From positions 33,727-97,726 of the forward strand of contig CAZRHT010000001.1 of NCBI GenBank assembly GCA_964599895.1: a stretch of 64,000 nucleotides of DNA, given 5' to 3'. Origin of the DNA: an uncultured Holophagae bacterium. GTDB taxonomy: Bacteria; Acidobacteriota; Holophagae; Thermotomaculales; Thermotomaculaceae. This document shows positions 19,550 through 27,601 of this stretch, piece after piece. The position numbers and the translations under genes were made by a program. The notes below the pieces were generated by a model. The model was not told the origin of the DNA and ran no database searches. It saw nothing but the letters and a program-made list of their open reading frames with translations. Every line of letters begins with the position of its first letter. The stretch's first letter is position 1.

Positions 19550-20812
19550 ATGGCAGACCGTAACACCATTGTGGCAGTGGATTTGGGCTCCAGTGAAATC
19601 AAGGCATTGGTATGCGGATTTGACGAAGATACGGGAAAAACGACCGTACGGGGCTACCACAAGGGTGAGTCCCTTTTTATTGACAGGAATGGCCGGATTA
19701 CAGACGTTAATTCCCTGGCTTTGAGCTTGAGCACTGTAATCCAGGAAGCCTGCAATATTGCCGGTGTTTCCAGTTCCTGTGTGGTATGCGGACTGCCCGT
19801 AACAGATATTAATCAGTACCATTCCACCGGCCCTATTTCCATCCCCCATGAGAGGGGAGTGTCCGGACAGGTTACCCGGGAGCATATTCACCAGGCAATT
19901 GAAACCGCTCAGAACATCCGGTATCCCGGGGACCATGAAATCATAGACATCCTTGTTGAAGACTACATTATAGACAATGCAAAACGGGTACAGAATCCGC
20001 TGGACATGCCAGCCAGCCGTCTGGATGTAAATCTGCTCATTTGTTCGGCGCCGTCGTCATCAATCATGGTTGCTAGAAAGTGTATTGAAAAGGCAGGTTT
20101 TTTCTGCGAGGAGATTTTTCTCAATCCCATCGCTGCGGGATCGGTATCCGTATCCAGATATGCCAGAGAAAAGGGATGTGTTCATATTGATATGGGTGCT
20201 TCACTGACAACTTTTTCCGTATATCAGAACGGTTCCATCATCTATATGGGCTCTGTGCCTGCGGGCGGAAAGCTTGTCAGCTCGGATCTTCTGGTAGCAT
20301 ACATGGTGCCCAGTAGCTACAACACACTGAATGCCGTAGACATGCTGAAAAAACGCTACAACAAATTGAAGATTGATAGGGCCGACGAAGAGATTGTTCT
20401 GCAAAGTGCCTCCGGTCGGGCGGAAGCCGCGTTGACCCGGGAGCAGTTTGTTACCGTTATGGTGGATCGACTCTACGAAATCTTTGACGAGGTTGCCCTT
20501 GACATAGAAAAGAACGCGCTTCTGGATGAGGTCGATGAAGTAATTCTATCCGGGGGCACCGCCAGATTTGCTGGAATCACAGAGCTTTGCCGCAAACGAT
20601 TTGGAAAGCCGGTCAGCGTTGCGACCCCCTGGATTACCGGGGATGACATGATGGCTGAAATAAATGTACCGGAATTTGTCACAGCCTATGGGCTGGCTAA
20701 TTATTATTATCTAGGTGATGAACGGTCCAAAGTTTTTCGTTCCTACGAGAATGGGGGCGGGATGATCCGGGGAATGATCCGCGGAATCTTTGGAAAATTC
20801 AAAAGGGGTTGA
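19550..20812 (+). CDS. ftsA: Cell division protein FtsA
   Basis: 420 aa. Actin-like ATPase blocks are present (IVAVDLGSSEIKALV, VHIDMGASLTTFSVY, ILSGGTARFAGI). AAGGAG RBS. Confidence 0.9.
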   Translation: MADRNTIVAVDLGSSEIKALVCGFDEDTGKTTVRGYHKGESLFIDRNGRITDVNSLALSLSTVIQEACNIAGVSSSCVVCGLPVTDINQYHSTGPISIPHERGVSGQVTREHIHQAIETAQNIRYPGDHEIIDILVEDYIIDNAKRVQNPLDMPASRLDVNLLICSAPSSSIMVARKCIEKAGFFCEEIFLNPIAAGSVSVSRYAREKGCVHIDMGASLTTFSVYQNGSIIYMGSVPAGGKLVSSDLLVAYMVPSSYNTLNAVDMLKKRYNKLKIDRADEEIVLQSASGRAEAALTREQFVTVMVDRLYEIFDEVALDIEKNALLDEVDEVILSGGTARFAGITELCRKRFGKPVSVATPWITGDDMMAEINVPEFVTAYGLANYYYLGDERSKVFRSYENGGGMIRGMIRGIFGKFKRG

Positions 20813-20814
20813 GA

Positions 20815-22134
20815 ATGCCAATTAGAGACAGCGCCATTCTGATTGAAGAGAACAAAATGGCACGGCCCATTATCAAAGTATTTGGTGTGGGCGGTGCAGG
20901 ATGTAATGCCGTGAACCGTATGATTGAATCCAATCTACAGCATGTAGAATTCATTGCGGTTAATACAGACTTGCAATCGCTTATCCATTCCCATGCTCCG
21001 ATAAAGATTCAAATCGGAGAAAGACTGACAGAGGGACTCGGTGCCGGCTCCGACCCCAAAATGGGAGAGCGTTCGGCAATTGAGGACATGGACAAACTCC
21101 GTTCCGCTATCGAAGGCGCTCACATGGTATTCATTACTGCCGGACTTGGGGGCGGAACAGGGACGGGCGCGGCCCCTGTGATTGCCCGGCTCGCAAGTGA
21201 AATGGGAATATTAACCGTAGCAATTGTGACCCAGCCTTTTGAATTTGAAAAGAATGTACGATTCAGAAATTTTGTGGAGGGATACAGCCAGCTGATTGAT
21301 CACGTAGACTCCATGATCACCATCAAGAACGACAAGATTTTTGATATTTTGCCTGATGATACTCCCTGGAGGATGGCGTATGAAGAAATTGATACCATAC
21401 TGAAAAATGCTCTCAGAGGTATCGTGGATATCGTCTTTGTCACCGGCTCGGAAAATGTGGATTTTGCCGACATGCGCACCATCTTCGGTTTCAAGGGTTT
21501 TGCTCTGATGGGGCTGGGTGAGGCATCTGGAACGGACAGGGCCCGGGAAGCCCTGACTGCGGCACTTCAATCTCCTTTACTTGACAACTTCTCACTGATG
21601 GAATCCAGGGGCGTTATCGTAAACGTGACCGCCGGCGTTGGGGACCAACAATTAACGGTGGGAGAAAATCGCCTGTTGCTCCAGACACTGAACAATGAAC
21701 TTGGCGAGCATGTGCATATGATCAAAGGGACTGTGGAAGAAGCAAACATAGGTGACAAGTTGCGGGTCACACTTATTGCCACCGGTTTTGATTATGGAAA
21801 AATCGAAGGACAGGGCCCCCTGGACATGAAGCGTGCGAAGTCGATGCGGGACGCGTACCTTGAGAAGAGGCCAATTTCCGGTAATGTTCCCGAAATAACA
21901 TCCGACGATCTTGAACCAACCATAAAAGTGGAAAGCGAGCCGGCAGAAGGTGTTGACAAAGGACATCCCTGTTCCGGGATTGTCAGTCGACTTCTACAGA
22001 CAGATGAATACAAAGAGATTGTTCACTCCCCATCTGCAGCTGCACTCAACTCGGATGACCTTGACAGGGTCAGAAAGATCCCTGCGTTTTTGAGAAAGGC
22101 CGTTCAGACCGGTCATCTGGATAAACAGAACTGA
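20815..22134 (+). CDS. ftsZ: Cell division GTPase FtsZ
   Basis: IKVFGVGGAGCNAVNRM and the tubulin signature GLGGGTGTGAAPVIA. The ATG at 20815 has an AAGGGG RBS. Alternative starts are 20809 (TTG) and 20857. Confidence 0.95.
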   Translation: MPIRDSAILIEENKMARPIIKVFGVGGAGCNAVNRMIESNLQHVEFIAVNTDLQSLIHSHAPIKIQIGERLTEGLGAGSDPKMGERSAIEDMDKLRSAIEGAHMVFITAGLGGGTGTGAAPVIARLASEMGILTVAIVTQPFEFEKNVRFRNFVEGYSQLIDHVDSMITIKNDKIFDILPDDTPWRMAYEEIDTILKNALRGIVDIVFVTGSENVDFADMRTIFGFKGFALMGLGEASGTDRAREALTAALQSPLLDNFSLMESRGVIVNVTAGVGDQQLTVGENRLLLQTLNNELGEHVHMIKGTVEEANIGDKLRVTLIATGFDYGKIEGQGPLDMKRAKSMRDAYLEKRPISGNVPEITSDDLEPTIKVESEPAEGVDKGHPCSGIVSRLLQTDEYKEIVHSPSAAALNSDDLDRVRKIPAFLRKAVQTGHLDKQN

Positions 22135-22275
22135 GCCACCATCGGTGGCACAGTTCCGTAACTTGTAAGTTTGAGTAGCAGGAAAAAGATACAGAACGAG
22201 GAACTGCCAATTCTCCGGGTCTTTTGTCTCCCTTTCTTCCAAATCATAATTCACTGGTTGCCCCAAGCCGTGATT

Positions 22276-22290
22276 GTTACAATCTGTTAC
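22276..22290 (+). promoter_or_regulatory. Direct repeat GTTAC-N5-GTTAC (GTAAC-N5-GTAAC on the other strand) upstream of the Spy/CpxP-like gene
   Basis: The sequence is TGTTACAATCTGTTACAA, with two identical octamers 10 bp apart, 82-96 nt upstream of the ATG at 22372. It resembles an OmpR/CpxR-type tandem site. Confidence 0.35.
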
Positions 22291-22371
22291 AAAATAGAAA
22301 CTATTTGGACATACTCTTACCGTATTTTGTTCATGTAAAGAATAGGCCGAATGGCCAACAGGGAGGATAAG

Positions 22372-22890
22372 ATGAAAAGAACAATTATTGCAGTATTGGG
22401 AATCGTAATGGTGACGGGTACGCTGATGGCAGCGCCAGGACGTCCACGGGAGAACCGGCCAAATGTCAGGCAAAATGGTCCGGCAATGCTCTTTCACCTG
22501 GTTGCATCTGTTCGAACCGAACTGGGATTGAACCAAAGCCAGAACCAGAAACTGGACCAGGTTCTCACAGAAGTTAAGACCTACTGGCAAAACCAGATGA
22601 AAGGACTACGTGGTGAGAAGGACAAAATGATGGATGAATTTGTCTCTGATAATTTCAACGCCGAAGCCATTCGGGTGGAGCAGGAAAAGCTGCGGGATGA
22701 GATTCGGGCGGAAGCGGAGAAATTCATGACTGGGAAAATCCAGGCACTCCATGACCTGCTGACAAAGGAACAACGCCAGAAACTGCTGGACATTGCAAAA
22801 GAAAAACGTGAACAATTCATGAATATGAAGGATCGCCGTGGTGGAAGAATGGATCGTGGAATGAGAAAAGGTGGTAGCCGAGGAATGTAA
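22372..22890 (+). CDS. Periplasmic Spy/CpxP-family (LTxxQ motif) protein
   Basis: Signal peptide MKRTIIAVLGIVMVTGTLMA. Two LTxxQ-type motifs (LNQSQNQKL, LTKEQRQKLL). Helical and charged. GGGAGGA RBS before 22372. Confidence 0.7.
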   Translation: MKRTIIAVLGIVMVTGTLMAAPGRPRENRPNVRQNGPAMLFHLVASVRTELGLNQSQNQKLDQVLTEVKTYWQNQMKGLRGEKDKMMDEFVSDNFNAEAIRVEQEKLRDEIRAEAEKFMTGKIQALHDLLTKEQRQKLLDIAKEKREQFMNMKDRRGGRMDRGMRKGGSRGM

Positions 22891-22921
22891 CAGATCTGGT
22901 GAACAACTCTGGAAGGAAACT

Positions 22922-22950
22922 AAGAACCCGCCAATTGGCGGGTTCTTTTT
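22922..22950 (+). terminator. Rho-independent terminator after the Spy-like gene
   Basis: AAGAACCCGCC-AATT-GGCGGGTTCTT hairpin running into a T tract. Confidence 0.7.
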
Positions 22951-22987
22951 GTTCTGTCTTTTTTTGGTATTTCGGGATGAGGAGAAA

Positions 22988-23064
22988 TGGTGGCGGTGCA
23001 GGGACTCGAACCCCGGACACTGCGGATATGAGCCGCATGCTCTAACCGCCTGAGCTACACCGCC
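22988..23064 (-). tRNA. tRNA-Met (anticodon CAT); tRNA-Ile2 (lysidine) cannot be excluded
   Basis: The reverse complement is GGCGGTGTAGCTCAGGCGGTTAGAGCATGCGGCTCATATCCGCAGTGTCCGGGGTTCGAGTCCCTGCACCGCCACCA. It folds as a 77-nt cloverleaf with anticodon loop CUCAUAU. It lacks initiator features. Confidence 0.85.
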
Positions 23065-23076
23065 AAAAGCCCGACC

Positions 23077-23105
23077 ATTATATCCATCTAAACCCATTGA
23101 AGCAA
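23077..23105 (-). promoter_or_regulatory. Candidate sigma70 promoter for tRNA-Met (TTGCTT-N17-TATAAT on minus strand)
   Basis: On the minus strand the sequence reads TTGCTTcaatgggtttagatggaTATAAT. The -10 ends 12 nt before the mature tRNA 5' end. Confidence 0.4.
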
Positions 23106-23269
23106 GAGAAAAGAGAAGAAGAAGCAAGTTTAAGTTTGAGTTCCAGTTTGACCATAGAAAAAGAATGACTTAACAACTTATACTCAATACGTAAACTTAG
23201 CTCGGAACTTAGACCTATACTGATGTTTATCCAATTGAAGGTCAGGGCGTTTTCCTGTAAACTGATGGC

Positions 23270-24280
23270 ATGGAAGAGAAGATACACGACCCGGAACAAT
23301 TTAACGATGAATCCAGTTTTGAGCAGGTATTGAGACCGGCGACTCTGGAAGATTATGTCGGGCAGGAACGGATAAAGGACAATCTCGCAATTTACATCGA
23401 AGCCGCAAAGCGGCGACAGGAAGCATTGGACCATTGCCTGTTCTACGGACCTCCCGGGCTGGGAAAGACAACACTGGGTATGATCATTGCCAATGAGCTG
23501 GGTGTCCATATTAAAACGACGTCGGGTCCGGTAATAGAGAAGGCCGGTGATCTGGCGGCGATTCTTACCAAACTGGGCCCGGGAGATGTGTTGTTTGTAG
23601 ATGAAATCCATCGGTTGCCAGCATCTGTGGAGGAAATTCTTTATCCAGCGATGGAGGATTTTCAATTGGATCTGATTACCGGCACGGGGCCTGGAGCCCG
23701 TTCCTTTCGATTCAAATTGAATCCGTTTACACTTGTGGGAGCCACCACCAGGGCAGGGATGCTGACCGCACCGCTGCGGGATCGCTTCGGAGTCGTGCAT
23801 CGCCTGAACTTCTATACAGTGGAAGAATTGTCAATTATTGTAAAACGGTCCGCAGGAATACTTGGAGCCCCCGTTGACGAGGAAGGTGCCTTTGAGATTG
23901 CTCGCCGTTCACGGGGCACACCACGAATTGCAAACCGACTTCTACGCCGTCTCCGGGACTTCGCAGATGTTAAGGGTGAGGGAATTATTGACCGAAAAAT
24001 TGCAGGTATGGGTCTAAGCCGGCTGGAAGTGGATGAACATGGCTTTGACGAGGTGGACCGACGGATTCTGAGGACAATTATTGAAAACCATGGTGGCGGT
24101 CCCGTTGGACTTGGAACGTTGGCAGCGGCGATCTCAGAGGACAGAGATACGATAGAAGATGTGTATGAACCATATCTACTCCAGATGGGATTTCTGGAAA
24201 GAACACCGAGAGGGCGTTGTGTAACCGGAAAGGCTTATGCGCTGTTTGGACTTATCGTCCCGGACAGGAAGCTCTTCTGA
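23270..24280 (+). CDS. ruvB: Holliday junction branch migration helicase RuvB
   Basis: 336 aa with [12 protein letters not shown] Walker [11 protein letters not shown] Walker B and a conserved RuvB C-terminal winged helix. No ruvA or ruvC is adjacent. Confidence 0.95.
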   Translation: MEEKIHDPEQFNDESSFEQVLRPATLEDYVGQERIKDNLAIYIEAAKRRQEALDHCLFYGPPGLGKTTLGMIIANELGVHIKTTSGPVIEKAGDLAAILTKLGPGDVLFVDEIHRLPASVEEILYPAMEDFQLDLITGTGPGARSFRFKLNPFTLVGATTRAGMLTAPLRDRFGVVHRLNFYTVEELSIIVKRSAGILGAPVDEEGAFEIARRSRGTPRIANRLLRRLRDFADVKGEGIIDRKIAGMGLSRLEVDEHGFDEVDRRILRTIIENHGGGPVGLGTLAAAISEDRDTIEDVYEPYLLQMGFLERTPRGRCVTGKAYALFGLIVPDRKLF

Positions 24281-25200
24281 TGCCGCCACTGTTGCAAGTA
24301 AGAAACCTGTCTGTGGCTACGCAAAAGCGTCTCATTCTACAGGACTTATCGCTTGAAATCGAGGACGGAGAAACCTGGGGGCTTGTTGGTTCGTCCGGTG
24401 CTGGGAAGAGTATTCTGGCACGCTCAATGGCCGGGCTCCTTCCGAGGGGAATCAGTGTAAAGAACGGGCACATTTTCTACCGCGGAACTGATTGGCTCAA
24501 AATGAACGAATCCGAACGTCGCAGGATTAGAGGTAATGGAATCGGTTTCCTTGTCCAGAACACGGCTTCAGGATTGGATCCTGTCTACACCGTGGAGCAG
24601 CAGATGGTTGAAACCCTGTTTGCCAACGACTGCGCGGATTCAAAGGAAGAGGCGATTGATATATCGGCCGATTGGCTGAGAAAGGTAGGATTTGACCGGA
24701 TTCAACGAATTCTTTCGTCCTACCCGCATTCCCTGAGCGGCGGAATGGCGCAGCGGGTTTATCTCGCCATTGTTTTCATGCTGAAGCCGAAACTGGTGAT
24801 TGCGGATGAATTTTCCACTGGTCTCGATTCCACATCGGAAAAGGAAATGCTGGGACTGCTGTTTCAGGTTGCAAAGGGGTCAAGCCTGCTGATGATCACA
24901 CACAATATTCTTCTTCTTGATGGGCTCACAGAAAAACTGGCAGTGATGAATGGTGGGGTAATTGTAGAGGCAGGGCCGACGGAACGAATACTTGAAAACC
25001 CCCTGCACGGATATTCACAGGCACTTCTACAGGCCGGTGGCACATTTGGTTCAAATGTGCCCCGGGGGTTGAGTACATCTGAGCCATTTTGCGGATGTGT
25101 CTTTTCTAAAAGATGTGACCGTTCTCAGGAAGAATGCGCTTCCCAATTGCCGGAAGTTCGGGAAGTAGACGGCAGGAAGGTTCGATGCCACCGCTATTAA
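24280..25200 (+). CDS. ABC transporter ATP-binding protein, Dpp/Opp D-type
   Basis: The ATG shares 1 nt with the ruvB TGA. Motifs: GSSGAGKS, LSGGMAQR, LVIADEFSTGLD. A Cys-rich oligopeptide-transporter C-terminal tail is present. Confidence 0.85.
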   Translation: MPPLLQVRNLSVATQKRLILQDLSLEIEDGETWGLVGSSGAGKSILARSMAGLLPRGISVKNGHIFYRGTDWLKMNESERRRIRGNGIGFLVQNTASGLDPVYTVEQQMVETLFANDCADSKEEAIDISADWLRKVGFDRIQRILSSYPHSLSGGMAQRVYLAIVFMLKPKLVIADEFSTGLDSTSEKEMLGLLFQVAKGSSLLMITHNILLLDGLTEKLAVMNGGVIVEAGPTERILENPLHGYSQALLQAGGTFGSNVPRGLSTSEPFCGCVFSKRCDRSQEECASQLPEVREVDGRKVRCHRY

Positions 25201-26126
25201 CTGTTTCCAAATGCACAAAGAGGTTTCAAGTTTCAAGCGGGAACAGATCCATGTTTACTGCGGTTCAAAATGTTTCTTTCGATATTTTCCCGGGCGAAAT
25301 ACTGGGACTGGCCGGAGAGTCCGGTTCAGGCAAGACAACGATTTCCCGTCTTCTACTGGGGCTTGAACAGCCGGATGAAGGTGAGATCAGATACAAGGGA
25401 GTAGCATTCACCTCCCTTAATCGGGAAGACCAGCGACAAAACAGAAGAGAAATCCAGGCGGTTTTTCAGGACCCCCTGGCATCATTGAATCCGACGATGC
25501 GGGTGTCTAAAATTGTTGCGGAACCATTGAAAATTCAAGGGATAAGACCAACAGATGGCTCTGACAGGTTCGTGAAAGAGCTGCTTGAATCGGTGGGATT
25601 GCCCAATGAATGCATGAAGAAGCGTCCGGATCAGCTGTCTGGAGGTGAACAGCAGCGTGTATGTATTGCCAGGGCTCTTGCCCTTCGTCCCCTGTTGCTG
25701 ATTGCTGATGAACCCGTTAGTGCACTGGATGCCGAACTCCGGGGAGGAATATTGGCATTGTTGAGAGAATTCCGGGACAAATCAGGGATTTCCATACTGC
25801 TGATTGCCCATGATCTATCTCTATTTAGAGAAATTGCGAATCGTGTAGCTATCATGTACGCGGGTGAAATTGTTGAAATTGGAAAAACGGATGATGTGCT
25901 TTCCCGACCGCGACATCCCTACACAAGAGAACTTCTGCAGGCATCTCCACCCTATCGCATTGAGGATCTGCGGAATAATATGCTGGTGAGGCGCGAGAGG
26001 AGAGAAGTCCCGGAGGGAAACATATGCCGCTATCTTTCCCGTTGTCCCCGGGCTGTGGAGTGTTGTCTGAATGAAATCCCACCTGAAAGGGAACGTGGAT
26101 CGGGATTTTATCGATGTCACCTTTGA
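25185..26126 (+). CDS. ABC transporter ATP-binding protein, Dpp/Opp F-type
   Basis: The ATG at 25185 overlaps the previous gene by 16 nt. Motifs: GESGSGKT, LSGGEQQR, LLIADEPVSALD. The C-terminal tail is CRYLSRCPRAVECC. Confidence 0.85.
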   Translation: MPPLLTVSKCTKRFQVSSGNRSMFTAVQNVSFDIFPGEILGLAGESGSGKTTISRLLLGLEQPDEGEIRYKGVAFTSLNREDQRQNRREIQAVFQDPLASLNPTMRVSKIVAEPLKIQGIRPTDGSDRFVKELLESVGLPNECMKKRPDQLSGGEQQRVCIARALALRPLLLIADEPVSALDAELRGGILALLREFRDKSGISILLIAHDLSLFREIANRVAIMYAGEIVEIGKTDDVLSRPRHPYTRELLQASPPYRIEDLRNNMLVRRERREVPEGNICRYLSRCPRAVECCLNEIPPERERGSGFYRCHL

Positions 26127-26159
26127 AGGTTTTTCCATGTTGCTGAGGTTTCTGGTAGA

Positions 26160-27083
26160 ATGTCAGACATGAAAAAGAGATTTGATATCACGGGCATTAT
26201 TGATGTCGAGGATTTAAGGAAACAGTCCTTGATGAAACGCAGTACAACACCCACTGTCACACTCCTGGTGAATGAGATGCTGGGGAAAACAGTGCAGCTG
26301 AAACCAGCTATGGAATTGATTGTCGGCAGAAGCGCCGAATGCGATATTTCTCTTGATATTACAGCACTATCCAGAAAGCACTGCGCAATATTCAGACAAG
26401 GGGGAAACGTCTATGTCCGGGATCTGGATAGCACCAACGGAACGTTTATCAATGGCGAAAAGGTGAGCGTAAGGGTGTTAAAGGATGGCGACCGGGTTTT
26501 TCTCGGAGACATCTGCGTACTTAAATTTGCTTATACCGATCAGATTGACCTGGACATCAACAGGATGTTGTTTGATAAGGCCACCCGGGATCCTCTGACA
26601 GGGATTTATAATCGCACATATTTTCAGGAGAGCTGTCGAAAGGAGTACCTCTTTCATTTTCGCACTGGACTTCCGTTGAGCCTCATATTTTTTGATCTGG
26701 ATGATTTCAAACAGATCAATGATAAGTATGGACATACGTGTGGAGACATGGTGTTAAAAGACGTCGTGCACGTTGTGCAGACAAAAATTCGCGAGATTGA
26801 TTTCTTTTGCCGGTACGGTGGAGAAGAAATGGTCATTCTGATGAAAAACACAGAATATCCTGCTGCGATGCAAAAGACCGAAAGCCTCCGGGAAGCACTT
26901 TTCAACCACAAATTCGAATATGGAGCCACATCTCTTTCGATAACTGCCAGTTTCGGGGTTGCTACGCTGAAAAACGAAAATTTCAATTCTTTCCAGGAAA
27001 TGCTGGTAGCTGTGGATTCCATGATGTACAAAGCGAAGCAAGAGGGAAAGAACAAGGTAGTCGGTCTTGAACCTAACAGATAA
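26160..27083 (+). CDS. FHA domain - GGDEF diguanylate cyclase
   Basis: 307 aa. The FHA block is VGRSAECDISLDITALSRKHCAIF...DLDSTNGTFINGEKV. The GGDEF domain has active site GGEEM and an RxxD I-site (REID) at the canonical spacing. Confidence 0.85.
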   Translation: MSDMKKRFDITGIIDVEDLRKQSLMKRSTTPTVTLLVNEMLGKTVQLKPAMELIVGRSAECDISLDITALSRKHCAIFRQGGNVYVRDLDSTNGTFINGEKVSVRVLKDGDRVFLGDICVLKFAYTDQIDLDINRMLFDKATRDPLTGIYNRTYFQESCRKEYLFHFRTGLPLSLIFFDLDDFKQINDKYGHTCGDMVLKDVVHVVQTKIREIDFFCRYGGEEMVILMKNTEYPAAMQKTESLREALFNHKFEYGATSLSITASFGVATLKNENFNSFQEMLVAVDSMMYKAKQEGKNKVVGLEPNR

Positions 27084-27354
27084 GTATTTCAAAACAATTT
27101 CTCCCGAACTGCTTCTTAAGTGGGGCTGTCCATCACTTGAATTCATCAAAATGGTCTGGAAGCGGGTCATTCCTGAACCGGTTAGCGGATGGGGAAGCCC
27201 TACCGGAATAAAGGGCGGCACGTTGACTGTGGATGTAGAAGTCAGAGAATATCTGGCCGCGTTTCGCGCTGAAGCAGACACGATTATCCGGACTTTGAAT
27301 CAATATCCACTGCATCTTTCCGAACTACGCGTGCGCCTTAAGCGCGATGCGTGA
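27067..27354 (+). CDS. DUF721 (DciA-like) family protein, tentative
   Basis: 95 aa. The pattern W..V....V...S.P..IKGGTLTVDV resembles DUF721. The TTG start overlaps the previous gene and is uncertain. Confidence 0.45.
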   Translation: MNLTDKYFKTISPELLLKWGCPSLEFIKMVWKRVIPEPVSGWGSPTGIKGGTLTVDVEVREYLAAFRAEADTIIRTLNQYPLHLSELRVRLKRDA

Positions 27355-27601
27355 CGCGGAAAAGCCTTCATGGAGAATGAACAGCGAATAGTACATGAAT
27401 ATGAAAAATGGGAGGAAAGGCCAGAGAATGGCCAATTCCCTGTCTCTTCTGCCACCTCACTCCAACACCCGACATTTAGCATTCGGCGCACAGTGCCATT
27501 CACACCTGCTTAAAAAATGGAGACTCTCTTCCCTCTGTTCCCTTTCTCCTGTAGAATGTGGGTGATTTTTTAAGTTTGGAAGCAAACATGGAGAAAAAAA
27601 T

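Noticed and set aside
22135-22149. The hairpin GCCACC-ATC-GGTGGC right after the ftsZ stop, considered as a terminator.
   Set aside because: The stem is short (6 bp) and no T tract follows. It is possibly a weak attenuator but is not well enough supported to list as a feature.
23078-23800. A 240-aa minus-strand ORF.
   Set aside because: It is antisense to ruvB and runs into the tRNA-Met promoter region. No family signal was seen, so I treat it as a shadow ORF.
27370-27513. A 47-aa ORF (MENEQRIVHEYEKWEERPENGQ...) upstream of leuC, considered as a possible leader peptide.
   Set aside because: It has no Leu run, no RBS and no obvious terminator/antiterminator pairing.
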